Below are positions 50,751 to 63,620 of a stretch of 64,000 nt of DNA, in pieces. The stretch comes from the human T2T-CHM13v2.0 reference genome, Homo sapiens. The position numbers and the translations under genes were made by a program. The DNA lies in NCBI RefSeq assembly GCF_009914755.1, contig NC_060945.1. One strand, 5' to 3'. The notes under the pieces are model-generated. The model saw only the letters and a list, made by a program, of their open reading frames with translations. It was not told the DNA's origin and ran no database searches. The stretch's first letter is position 1; the number at the start of each line of letters is the position of its first letter.

Positions 50751-52010
50751 TCTCATTGAGGACTTCTTGGATTTTCCACGTTCGCCTTGTAGGTAAGGCC
50801 AGCAGCAACCCTTCCAGGGGGTCATGTGAGCCATGGCTTTTCTGTCTCATCACTTTTGTGGTTACTTTCATTGCCTTTTCTTTTAGGATAGGTTTTCTCT
50901 AGGTAATTTAACTTAAAGGGACAGTAAGTATCCACATCTTCCTTGCTGCTTGCTTAGGATTGAGGTTGACACATACCTCTTAGAAGGCCGGACGTTTGGT
51001 CACCGGAGCAGCAGTGCTCGGCGACTCTCCGGAGGTGCCCCCTCTGGCTTTCCGCTCGGTCAGCTGAGCCGCACAAGCAGCAGTGGCGCTGCCCCTACAT
51101 GGGGCATGCTTTGCAGGGCTGAGGTTTTGCAGTTCCCACCATTGAGGGCTGTAACATTTCTCTATTTCTGGCTTAGAATGTGTGTAGGATGATAATTATT
51201 TATTCAGCATTCATTCCGCTCACGCTGTGCTCCGACCACACACCAGGCTCTGCGTGCGGTGCTGGCACAGTCTCAGGACTCCGCTTCTCAGCTGTAGGGC
51301 TCAGGGTGCAGTGGAGAAGGCGCGAAGGGGCTGCCCGCGGATGGATTTGTTCCCTTGGCCTTTCACTGTTGCTCCTCTCACTCTCTTCTCCTAAACTCGG
51401 CGTAGAGGAGCATCCTCAGGAGAAACAGGAAGAGGCAAAGTTCACTGCAAAGTTTTTTTTGGGTTGAACGCCTGTAGGATAAGAATAGCAGAGGGCACCC
51501 CCAGATGAGATGCGGCCGTGGTCGAGCATCAGGATCGTCTGCCTGCGCCCACCAGTGTGGTCCGGGAGCAGGGAGGTGGCAGAGCCAGGGCCGCGCCCTC
51601 CCCGCGGGTCTCCCGTGCTGCTCGCTGGCGGTTGGTTTCATCAGTGCCCTGGCGAGTGTCGCTGGTTGCACGTGGGCACTGCCCACACAGAGCGAATTCT
51701 CAGGCAGGCCCCCTTCCTCTCTCTCCCCGGAAGCTGCTTCATGGCACTCCCTCCCTTTGCCCTTGGCCGTGGGAACCTCTAGGTTGATCACTGGGTCATT
51801 GGATCTGCTTTTAGTTAGCCTTGATTTTTGTCTGCATTAAACAATTAAATGAGCTTCTAATAATACGGTGTTTTGAATGTCATGCATGGCTTTTCCTGTT
51901 GAAACATCTGCAGAAAAAAAATAGCTTTATTATTTGTGAGTGAAGCTGTCTAGCTCCTCCCTTTTGTTCTTAGTGAGATAATTGCTTTTGTAATACAAAG
52001 TTTCTCATTC

Positions 52011-52323
<313 letters not shown>

Positions 52324-54164
52324 AGTAATACAAAGTTTCTTGAATTCAACAATTGTGCTATAGCAAAACAAGCTGGCTGTGTATTAGTTAACCCGCCAAG
52401 TGAGGGGTGCTGCATGTTCTGACCCTATTTCTGACCACTTCCGTTAACCCTGCTGCCCACCATGGAGCCTCTCTCAGAAACTTCAGCTGCAGGCTGAAGG
52501 CAGGGGGCTTGCAGAGAAGCTTTTGCTGCAGTTTTCTGGACGGTGGGCAGGCAGCTGTGCTTAGGAGTACACCTGGGGTACATGGAGTCAGCCAGCTCAA
52601 GAGTGTTTTCAAGCTTTTAATTTAAAACAAATCACAGAATGTAAAAAATAGCTTTATAATGTTAGTTTTCCATTTACCACATTCTAGCAAGGGAAAGAGT
52701 GGTGCCATCGTCTGTGTGCTTGCTAAGTGATAATTATAAGCGTGGAGACAGATGTGCGCTTCCTGGGAACGGGCTGGGGCTATGCCGGAGAAGCTTTGCT
52801 CTTGGAAGGGGGGAGGTCTGGGAGTTTGGCTGCAGAGCCTTGGAGCTGGACAGGAAGGATCAGTGGTCGAGGCCCCGGGTGGGCCATGGGGCCTGGGCCA
52901 GCCTGTGGCGAGACGTGGACTTGCTGCTGTCCATGTGTGAGTACAGCCCATAGAATGGACACCTGCTGGTGTGTGTGCAGAGGGCATGGGTGTGCCTGAA
53001 ACAGCATGGTGCAGGGTCAGTGGGCAGCTGCTGAGTTGGGGATGGTGCCCTTTAGGGGAAGGTGGGGGTAGACAGAGAGGCATGAGCAGATATCCCTGTG
53101 GACTTGGGTGACTGGGCACCAGGGTGACCCTCCAGGGGTGCCAGGATATCTGTGCTGAGAGGAGAGGGTGGCCAGGCTGGGGCCTGGGAAACCCTTCCCA
53201 CAGCACCATCTGCATCATCAGGTTGGGGCGGGCATTGGCCAGATGAAAACAGGTGAGGTAATCAGATTTTTTGTTTCATAAAAATTATGGTCCTGAAGTG
53301 AAGTTGGTAGAAACAACAAGTTAAATAGGAGGACAGCTCAAATAGAGAAAACCCCTCAGTCACACCAAGTCAGCAGCTACAGTGAGGAGCTGCGAATGTG
53401 CTCTCCCGGCGGGCTGGGCCTGCCAGACCCCAGGGTGCGCGCTGCCCCTCCCCGTGGGGCTCCTGGGACTGGTGAGGGCACCGAGGACAGTGCCATGCTG
53501 GTCCTGGGAGGGTTTGCCAGCGCGGCTCTTCCATTGTCTGCCTTCCTGAGGGGTCGGGGGCTTGTCTCCTGGCTCCTGCCTCCTGGATGGTCCCTAGGAG
53601 TCCCCTCATGTCCAGACATCGGCTTCAGTTTAGGGCTATGGGGACTTCCACAGGGACGACTGTTCTCTGGAGTAACTGTGGATGATGTTGATAAGAAAAT
53701 ACAGAAACAAGTCATTCCTCCTGAATAAGCACTGGCGATGTGCTTCCTTCATGTTCCTGAGAACGGGGAAGGCTCAAATTTTGTTCAGTCTCATAATTGT
53801 GCTGAAAAATAATGTATTCAAGTGGACGCCTTCAGAAGTCTCCCGGAGCCTGGAAGGATGAGTGCAGTAACGTTAATGGTCAGTGATGTTGGATGTGGGC
53901 TACTGTGCCTTTTAAATGTGGAAATGTTGGCACAGTTAAAGCAGCATTTTCTCCCATGGTCTTGTCTCCTGTGGGACTGACGTGGGTCCGTACAACATCG
54001 TCATCCACGGCTTCACAGTCCCAGGCTGAGGATGTAGGGAGCAGCGGCATTGACCAGCCATCCTTAGTGAGGCGCCTGCCCTGCAGACTGGCCGCTGGAG
54101 TGGCTGGCCACGCTTTGATGTGTTGCTGTGCCTCACATGACTTTCTCCTCCTCAGATACCACCA

Positions 54165-54508
54165 GCGATGGACCGGATTGTGCCCCCAAGTTCACGTGTT
54201 GAAGCCCAAACCCCTAGTATGACTGCTTTTGGAGTCGGGGCCCTTGGGAGGTGATTAAGGTTACTGAGGTCATAAGGGTGGGCCCGAATTTGAGAGGACT
54301 ATGGCCTTGTAAGAGGAGGAAGGGATGCGAGAGCTGTCTCTCTCTCTGCACCCATGTGAGGACACAGCAGGGAGGCAGCCATCTGCAAAACCGAGGAAGA
54401 ACACCGGCACCAGATTCCAACCCAGCCAGCACCCTGATCTCCATTTCCAGCTTCCGTGGAAGCCCCCAGTCTGTGGTGTTCTGTTATGGCAGCTGAGCAG
54501 ATGAAAGC
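54165..54508 (+). mobile_element. MLT1 (A/B-type) solo LTR
   Basis: ttgtgcccccaagttcacgtgttgaag...gaggtcataagggtgggccc...gtctgtggtgttctgttatggcagc. Confidence 0.8.
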
Positions 54509-54949
54509 ACTTTTTACCTCACGGTTACACTTTTGGGAAAGCAGCCTGCAGTTGGCCTGTGTGAGCACAGGCCCCAGCAGATGCCCACAGATGTCCCCGT
54601 CACTCATTGGTCATTGAAAAGACTGGAGGGAAGAGGCCGATTTCCTCTCAACAGGAAAGGTGTGTAGCTGCCAGGACTCTGCCTATCCTGAGAGTCTCCT
54701 TTCTCCCTTAGGGCTTCATAGCCAGTTAACTTGTGCATTATTTAGAGCTTTTTCTTTCTTTCTTTAAAAAAAGAAAAAACCAAATGAGAAAGCCAACACA
54801 ATCAACAACAACAACAAGAGTGGTATCATTACAGTCTGTCAGACACTGACTAGAAACATGTTCACTTTCACACACACACTCACTCACTAACACAGTACTC
54901 AGTTTTGACCCTGACAGCAGCTCTGTGAGGGGTCACTCCCCTCCCCCCT

Positions 54950-55525
54950 TTTAATTGAGGCATAATTCACATAACATAAACTGTGCCGTTTTCAAGTGTA
55001 TAAGTCAGTGGCATTGAGCACAGTCTTCATGCTACGCAGCCACCACGTCTGCCTACTTCCAGAACATTCTCACCCCCCCAAAGTAAAGCCCTGTGCCCGT
55101 TAAGCAGTCCCTCCCAATCCCCCCTTTCCCCAGCCCCTGGCAGCCACTAGTCTAATTTCTGTCTACAGATTTGCCCATGCTGGGTATTTAATATAAATGG
55201 AACCACACAGCGTCTGGCTTCTTTCACTTGCATCCTGTTTTTGAGGTTTATCTGCATCATCGTAGCATGTGTCAGAATTTCATTCCTTTTTATGGCTGAA
55301 TCATGTTCTGTTGTATGAATATACCACATCCACTTATTGATTAGTGACATTGGTTTTTTTCCTGCTCTTCGGCTATTGTGAATAGTACCACCATGAACAT
55401 TCTTTTACAAGTTTTTGTTTGACACCTCTTTTCAGTTCCTTAGGAGTGGACCTGGGGGACACGTAGAGACTCTGTGTTAACTGACTGAGGAACCACCAGA
55501 CCGTTTTCCACAGCAGCCGCACTGC
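54950..55525 (-). mobile_element. L1MB 3' end
   Basis: ttaattgaggcataattcacataac...; minus ORF KWMWYIHTTEHDSAIKRNE. Confidence 0.82.
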
Positions 55526-56571
55526 ACTGTTTTGCCTTCTTGAGGTGGCACTTTTTTATCCCCATTTTAAGAAATGGGGCATGGGGAGGTAAAAGGACTT
55601 GCTCAGGATAGGACAGACCTTCGTGGTGAGGCAGCTCTGTGCTGGCCAGTCGGGAGGCCATGGCAGGGTCTCTGCTCCTGCTCCGGTGCTCATGTCAGGC
55701 CCCAGGCCCCTGCAGGTGGTGCCCTAGAGGGCACTGACAGGCTCTCAGAGAGGAGGGGGCCTGTGCTGGTCCTGAGCAGGCAGAGGGAGGGCTGTTAGAG
55801 GGGCAGGCAGTGTGAGCAAGGGCACAGATCCTGCTGTTGTTTAGTGAACTCTAGCAGGTTTGTTTTTGCTTGATTGTTTGAGAAGGATGCCTGTAGTTTT
55901 AGGACCAGTGTCACTACCCACGTTGGCCACAGGCCATGGTGCCAGTGTCCTTGCTGCCACGATGCACCAGCTTCTGTCTTGCAGGTGGCTGGCTGCTTCC
56001 CTCCCAGCTGCACTGGGGCACACACTGTGGGGCAGTTGCCTTCTCACCCTTTGGTGGGGAGAGCCTGGGCTGTGGGGTGCCTCTGTGTGTGGCCGTGTGG
56101 TGCCTGCTGAGGCCTAGCCCTGCGTGGGCCTTTGCTGATGCTCCCTGCGTGGGTGGCAGTGAGCCACCCTCACGTTTCTCAGCGAAAGCACTTGGACAAG
56201 ATGAAGGTTTCCAGCACTGCGAGACTCTCACGTCTGTTATATTGTGTTATACTTGGCTGTGGTTTTGCTTACAGTAAATTCCTGAAGGCGTTTCTGTTGC
56301 TCAGTGGAAATCACTGGCAGAATTCTTGTTACTGAGCATCAGACTGTGGGGCACCGTCATGGTGTCTTAGGGGTGTCAAAGCAGATGCATTTGAGGGGAG
56401 ATGTATTCACATTTTCCAGTATATCATTACCACATTCTTGTGTGATAGCTTCCTGGTAATTCAACTTGATTTAGTGTAGTACAGCAGCACAACTTTTCCT
56501 TTCTGAGTTGTGGAGATTTAAATTTGTTGAGCAAAGGAAACACTGAAGAGGACTCAGAACACTCCAGTTGA

Positions 56572-56616
56572 GTGCACACACTGCATGAAGCTGATGGCTC
56601 TGCCTCCTGCTACTTT
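56572..56616 (+). repeat. Left arm of a 45-bp inverted repeat
   Basis: gtgcacacactgcatgaagctgatggctctgcctcctgctacttt; reverse complement at 58581-58625 (44/45). Confidence 0.95.
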
Positions 56617-57939
56617 TACCCCATTGCACTGGTGTGCTTTGCCCTCCCCATGGTGGCAGCAGGCTTTCCCAGGGCGCCATCTGCAGTTGGAGGCCTGGCT
56701 GAGGACGTGCTGTGCCTGCCCTGTGAGCAGGGAGCCAGGCACCCCTGGCCTGCAGTGCTATCGTCCCCTCGTCTCCACGACAGGCACCTCTGCCTGTTCC
56801 GTCTGACTCGGGGATGCCAGAGCTCCAAGGCGCAATCAGGGCATGATGACCGATGGCAGGAGGTGAGCACGTGTCAGGACTTCCAGGAGGACGGTGTCTC
56901 TGCTTCTCTGTTCAGGGCTGTTTGGGGATTGTTACCAGAAGTAAGGTTCAGGCTTTGTGTGGCACTGGCTACAGACTGCATTGCCTGTGCTGACTTAGCT
57001 CAGCCTCAGCCCCTCTTTCATTTGTTTCTCCACTGAATCCTTGTCTTCTTGCATTCACTGGGCATTGGCTAAGGCCCAGCTCAGTTCCAGGGCCCCACAA
57101 GACACTGTGGGTGGCATGAGATGGGTGGGTTTTCCCACAGTGCTCTCTCATGGTTATTCTGTTATTTGAATTGAGTGTACACAGGTTTCTACAGTTGAGG
57201 GAGTGTTGGACGACCCATTCCTCAGGGTAAAACTCGCCCTCCCAAACCTGTCCCTGAGTGCAGGTGACAGTGCGTGCTCACCATTAGAAGACGCGGGTGC
57301 TCACGCAGGGCTGTCTGCTGCCTGTGCTGGGACTGTGGGCGCATCGCCTGTGCGTGCAGCTGGAGCACCTGCGTCTCTGAAATGAAAGGGATCTTCAAAT
57401 GGGCGGCCCCTACTGTGCTTTGTTCAGTTTAATTCTTAGAACCGCCTATCCAGGCCGGTCTTGTGTTCCCCCTACAGAGGAGAGAACTGGTGTCTGGACC
57501 TTTTAGGTGCCTTCTCTGAAACTCTGGGTTGGCGTGCAGGCCAGCCTGCCTCTGCCCCACCCATGGTTGCAGGTTCTCTCTGGGGTCCTAAAGTCCTGCA
57601 TTTCTGCCTTGCCAGGTCTTCACTCTGGCTGGCCGTCTCTCGTAGGCAGGCCTCTGGAGTGTAACTAGTGTGTGATATTCAGGGAGGGAAAATGGGCCGC
57701 TCGTTTCACAAGTGATAGAAATGTGACGTGACATATTTCAGAGAAAGCTTAACAGTACGGCAGCTCTGTGACTCAGCCCAGCAGAAACTGCATCTCTTGT
57801 TAGGAAAAATACACTTTATTATTGAGTCTGTGGGAAGACAAAATGGAAGAAGAACTTTTCTGGACATTGTTTAGCCTGCAGGAGGTTTTGTTTAGCCCTG
57901 AGGCACACAGTGGGCCGTGGAGATGGTAGTGCTCACCAC

Positions 57940-58200
57940 CACAGGACATGGTGAACGCCGGGGGGTTGGCAGGTGGCGGCCTCGTGTTGGACATGGTGCA
58001 TAATCGACGGCGACCCGGCCTCCCTCCTTGTGTCCGTCTGAACGGCGCCCCTGAACTCCGCCGAAGGGGCGCCTCCTCTCCCCTGAAGTCAAATTAGCGA
58101 ACAGAAGATTAAGAATATGGAAAGTAAATGAAATTTTGATCATTTCTTCTCATGATTACAGTTCCTCTAGACTTTATCTAAAGCTATTTTGAAGCCAAAT
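57940..58200. promoter_or_regulatory. Candidate enhancer/conserved non-coding element
   Basis: Local CpG cluster followed by an AT-rich tract with homeobox-like cores (aaattagc, gattaag, gattaca) in unique sequence; inference only. Confidence 0.3.
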
Positions 58201-58580
58201 ATAATTTTTTATTCATATTTCCTTTTCTTTTTAGACTATCGTTTTACAATTTTTAATCTCTTGTTTCATTGAGTTTTTCTTTTCCTTCTTGTCTCTGAAA
58301 GCACATAGCAGGCCATTGACTAAAATAACCTGTTTCTTTTTGTGCATATTTCTGAACATGCATTCTTCTACCTTCTGCTGTGTTGTTGTGTTTTTCTTCA
58401 TGTGGCAGAGATTTTTTTATGGCTTCTGTGTTTCTTTCTTTCTGTTTGCTGCTCCCTGAAGGAGAAGTCAGTGCTGGTCTTGCCTTCTTCCCAGCGTGCA
58501 TGTATGGACATTTTCTGCTGTGAGCCCTCATTTTTCACCGGGATCTCCTTTAAGGTTATTCGGACCCTGAGCTGGATGTG

Positions 58581-58625
58581 AAAGTAGCAGGAGGCAGAGC
58601 CATCAGCTTCATGCAATGTGTGCAC
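58581..58625 (-). repeat. Right arm of the 45-bp inverted repeat
   Basis: aaagtagcaggaggcagagccatcagcttcatgcaatgtgtgcac. Confidence 0.95.
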
Positions 58626-59359
58626 ACCAGTTCTGGGTCCCCCCCAGCCTTGTGGGGTGCTGAAAGGGGGCTTGGTGGCCTCTGGTCCCATGTGGCACCC
58701 TGTGTGGCTGGGGCCAGCCTCTGCAGCCATGTATCCCCAGCATCTCCCTCACCCACTGCCTCCATGGCACACTGCTTTTCAGGAAGGGCAGGAGAGGGGC
58801 CTCTAGAACCCGCTGCCCATGCCGTCACATGGGAGCTTGCGGAGGGCCCTGCATCTGTGCTTTCCAGTGGTTTGTTTTCCTGATTTCTTCAATCAATTCA
58901 GTGGAAATTTGGGAAAGATGGAGTGTAAACATGTGTGCCTGAATCACCTGTCTCCCTTAGCCAGTCCTCATGTCCTGGCCGGAAGGCCTGCTCTTCCTTC
59001 CCCCTGGCTCAGCCAGGGGTCTGCATTGCTGTCCATTGATAGAATTGTTGGTGCTTTATGATCCAGCTGCTCTTGTTGCCTTGAACCAGGATTTGAATAT
59101 TGTAACATTAAGTTTTTTGCATGTTTATGTCCAGTAGATTATGTATTTTGAGACTAGACAGTGGGCTAATTAATATTCCACACGGGGTCCCATGGGACGC
59201 ATGTTCATGATGAGGTCACTAAAGTTCTGTCTCAAGCACATGGTGGGCGTTCAGTAAAGACTTAGAGATTTCGGTTGACCAGACATTTAGCATTAATTAG
59301 CAGTTTAGTGTGGTGGGTGACTGAAAAGTAAATGTAAGCTTTGAGCATTTTCAGAGCAT

Positions 59360-59875
59360 CATTTTGTCTAAAATTAATCAGTATATTTCACCGTCTTAAC
59401 AAACTAAAAACGAAAAACAGTATCATTTTAGAATATGCAGTGAGATCATTTGACAAAATGCAACACTCCTTTCAGATACAAACGTTCAAGAAACTGACAA
59501 TAGAAGGAATCTTCCTCAGATGCATGGTATTTATGAAAAATCTAGAGCTAACCTCGTATTTGATGGCGCAAGACTGAATACTTTCCCCTAAGATGAGGAG
59601 TAAGGCAAGGAAACCTGCTCTCATCTCTTCTATTCAGTATTTTACTGGAGGTTCTAGCAAGTTCAATAGTCAAGAAAGAGGCATTGGAATTGAAAAAGAA
59701 GAAGTAAAACTGTCTTTCCTCTCAGTCAGCATGTTTGACCCTATAGTACCTACTGCAGAATCAAAACAAAGCTCCTGAACTAATGAGTAAGTTTATCAAG
59801 GCTGCAGGATGTAAGATCAGCATACAAAAATCAATTGTATATCTGTATACCAGCAACAAATAATTAAATATTAAA
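59360..59875 (+). mobile_element. L1M ORF2 (RT region) fragment
   Basis: gatcatttgacaaaatgcaacactcc...atagaaggaatcttcctc...gcatacaaaaatcaattg. Confidence 0.8.
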
Positions 59876-61093
59876 GTAAATTATTAGTTTTTTGTTAACC
59901 TATTTATTTAATTATACAAATTTATGGGACACGTGAAATTTTGTTACATGTGTATAATGTGTAGTGATCAAGTCAGGATATTTAAGGTGTCCATCACCTG
60001 AATACAATATAGTTTTGTTAAATACATTCACCCTACTCTGATATTATTGGGTTTATTCCATCTATCTTACTGAAGGTTTGTAATCCACTTCCTTTCCTCT
60101 TCATCCTCTCCCCTAACCCCCATTCACCCTTCCTAGTCTCTAGTATTTATCTTTCCATTGTGTACCTCCATGTGATCAAATTTTTTAGCTTCTACATATA
60201 GGTGAGAACATAAGATATTTGTCTTTTTGTGCCTGGCTTATTTCACTTAAGGTAATGACTTTGAGTTCCATCCTTGTTGCTGCAACTGACATGGTTTTAT
60301 TCTTTTTTAAGGCTGCATAGTATTCCTTTGTGTATATATACTACATCTTCTCTATCCATTCACCCTTTGATCAATACTTAGGTTGATTCCATATCTTATT
60401 ATTGTGAATAGTACTGCAATAAACATAGGAGTGCAGGTACTACTTTGATATACTGATTTTATTTCCTTTGGGTAGATACCCAGTAGTGGGATTGCTTGAT
60501 TTAATGGTAATTTTATTTTTAGTTTTTTTGAAAAATCTCTGTACTGTTTTCCATAGTGGCTGTACTCGTTTACATTCCCACCAATGATATATAAGTATTT
60601 TCTTTTTCCTGCATCCTCACCAACACCTGTTATTTTTTTATTATGGCCATTCTATTTTTAATAACAGCCATTCTGAATGGTTCAAGATGACATCTCATTG
60701 TGGTTTTGATTTGCGTTTCTCTGGTGATTAATTATGTTGAACATTTTTTTCACATACTTCTTGGCTGTTTGTGTGTCTTCTTTTAAGAAATGTCTATTAA
60801 GGTCCTTTGTTCACTTTTTAGTGGGACTATTTGTTTTTTTCCCTTTTGATTGAGTTCCCTTTATATTCTGGATGTTAGTCCTCTGTCAGAAGAATAATTT
60901 GCAAATATTTTCTCCCTATTCAACAGGTTGTCTTTTCACTCTGCTGATTGTTTTCTTTGCTGTGCAGAAGCTTTTTAATTTAATATAGTTCCATTTGTCT
61001 ATTTTTGTTTTTGTTGCCTATGCTTTTGCGGTCTTAGTCATAAATTCTTTGCCTAGACCAATGTCCGGGAGAGTTTTCCCTAGGTTTTCTTCT

Positions 61094-61194
61094 AGTATTT
61101 TTATAGTTCCATGTCTTACATTTAAGTATTTTTATAGTTTCAGGTCTTACAGTTAAGTATTTTTATAGTTTCAGGTCTTACATTTTAAGTATTT
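61094..61194. repeat. 31-bp tandem repeat x3 within L1
   Basis: agtatttttatagtt(c/t)ca(t/g)gtcttaca(t/g)tta x3. Confidence 0.9.
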
Positions 61195-61341
61195 AATCCA
61201 TTTTGAATTGATTTTTGTGTATGGTGAGAGATAAGGTCGAATTTTATTCTTCTGCATGTGGCTATCCAATTTTTTCCACCACCGTTTATTGAAGAGGGTG
61301 TCCTTTTCCCCCAGTGTAAGTTCTTGTCAGCTTTGTTGAAG

Positions 61342-61441
61342 ATTATGTTGAACATTTTTTCACATACTTCTTGGCTGTTTGTGTGTCTTCTTTTAAGAAA
61401 TGTCTATTCATGTCCTTTGTTCACTTTTTAATGGGACTATT
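61342..61441 (+). repeat. 100-bp displaced copy of 60731-60831
   Basis: attatgttgaacatttttt...cacttttta(g/a)tgggactatt; about 4 differences. Confidence 0.92.
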
Positions 61442-62024
61442 AAACCAGAAGCTTTGTGGTTTTATTTCTGGGTTCTCTATTCTGCTCCAGTGATCTCTGT
61501 GTCTATTTTTATATAAGTGCCATACTGTTCTGGTTACTGTACCCTTGTTATATATTTTGAAGTCAGATAATGTAATGCCTCCAGCTTTGTTCTTTTTGCT
61601 CAGGATTGCTTTAGCTATTTGTGCCCTTTTTTGGTTCCATATGGATTTTAGAATTTTTTTTTCTAATTCTGTGAATGAGGTTGGTATTTTGATAGGGCTT
61701 GCATTGAATCTGTAGATTGCTTTGGGCAATATGGTCATTTTAATGATATTAATTCTTCGTATCCACGAACATGGGATGCTTTTCCATTTGTGTCATCTTC
61801 AATTTCTTTCATCAGCACTTTGTAGTTTTCCTTATAGAAATCTTTCCTTTCCTTGGTTAAATTTATTCCTAGGTATTTTGTGTAGCTGTTGTAAATGTGA
61901 TTGTCTTCTTGATTTCTTTCTTGACTAGATCACTATTGGTGTGTGGAAATGCTGCTGATTTTGTATGTTGATTTTGTATCCTGCAACTTACTGAATTCAT
62001 TTATCACATCTAAAAGTTTTATGG

Positions 62025-62313
62025 GGCCGGGCGTGGTGGCTCACACCTGTAATCCTAGCACTTTGGGAAGCTGAAGTGGGCAGATCACAAGGTCAAGAGA
62101 TTGAGATCATCCTGGCCAACATGGTGAAACTCCATATCTACTAAAAAAAAATGCAAAAATTAGCTGGGCGTGGTGGTGCGTGCCTGTAATCCCAGCTACT
62201 CGGGAGGCTGAGGCAGGAGAGTCCCTTGAACCTGTGAACCGAGATTGCGCCACTGCACTCCAGCCTGGCGACAGAGCAAGACTCCATCTCAAAAAAAAAA
62301 AAAAGAAAAAAAA
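62025..62313 (+). mobile_element. AluSc-like
   Basis: gcagatcacaaggtcaagagattgagatcatcctggcc; cctggcgacagag. Confidence 0.9.
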
Positions 62314-63314
62314 GTCTTTTTGGTGGAGACTTTAGTTTTTTCTGGATAAAATTATATCATCAGCAAAGAAGGACAATTTGACTTCCTCTTTTTCAACTTG
62401 GTTTCCTTTTATTTATTTCTCTTTCCTGGCTGCTCTGGCTAGGACTTCCAGTATTATGTTGAATAGGAGTGGTGAAAGTACGTATCTTTATCTTCTTCTA
62501 ATTCTTAGAGAGAACACTCTTAGCTTTTCTCTAGTATTATGTTGGTTGTGGCTTTGTCATATATGGCTTCATTATTTTGAGGTATGTTACCACTATGCTT
62601 AGTTTGTTGAGAGTTTTTATCATGAGGAGATGTTGAATTTTATCAAATGCATTTTTGCATTTATTGAGATGGCCATATGGTTTTTATCACTCACTCTGTT
62701 ATGTGATATATCATGTTTATTGATTTCTGTATGTTAAACCATACTTGTATTCCTGGTATAAATCTCACTTGATTATGGTGTATTATTTTTCTGATGTGCT
62801 GTTGGATTTGGTTTGCTAACATTTTGTTGAGCATTATTGTGTCTGTGTTCATCAGGGATATTGGCCTGTAGTTTTATTTTGTTGTATTCTTGTCTGGTTT
62901 TGGTGTCAGGGTAATGCTGCCCTTGTAGAATGAATTAGGAAGATTTCCCTTCTCTTTGATATTTTGGAGTAGTTTCTGGAGGATTAGTATTAGTTTTTCT
63001 TTGTACTTTTGGTAGAATTCTGCTGTGAATTCACCTGGACCTGGACTTTTCTGTATTGGGAGGCTTTTACTACTGATTCAGTCTCACTATTCCTTATTAG
63101 TCTGTTCAGGATTTTTATTTCCTCCTGACTCAGTCTTGGCAGGTTGTATACTTCCAGGAGTTTATCCATTTCTTCCAGGTTTTCTAGTTTGTGAGTATAT
63201 AGCTTTTTTTTTTTATAATAGTCTCTGATGATCTTTTGTATTTCTGTGGTATCAGTTTAATTAATGCCTCCTTATTCATTTCTGATTTTGTTTTCTTTGG
63301 TTCTTCTCTCTTCT

Positions 63315-63620
63315 TTTTTATTTAAAAAAATTTTTAGAAACAGGGTCTCACTCTGTTACCCAGGCTGGAGTGCAGTGGCATGATCACAGCTCACTGCAGC
63401 CTCAAACCCCTGGGTCAAGCAGTCCACCAGCCTCAGCTTCCCAAGTAGCTAGGACTACAGATGGGTACCACCACTCCTGGCTAACTTTTTAAATTTTTCT
63501 TTAGAGATAAGGTCTTGCTATGTTGCCCAGACTGGTCTTGAACTCCTGGCCTTAAGCAGTCTTCCCACACTGCAGCTCTCAAAGTGCTGGGATTATAGGC
63601 ATGAACCACTGTGCCCAGCC
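63315..63620 (-). mobile_element. AluJ
   Basis: gaaacagggtctcactctgttacccaggctgg...catgatcacagctcactgcagcctc. Confidence 0.9.
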
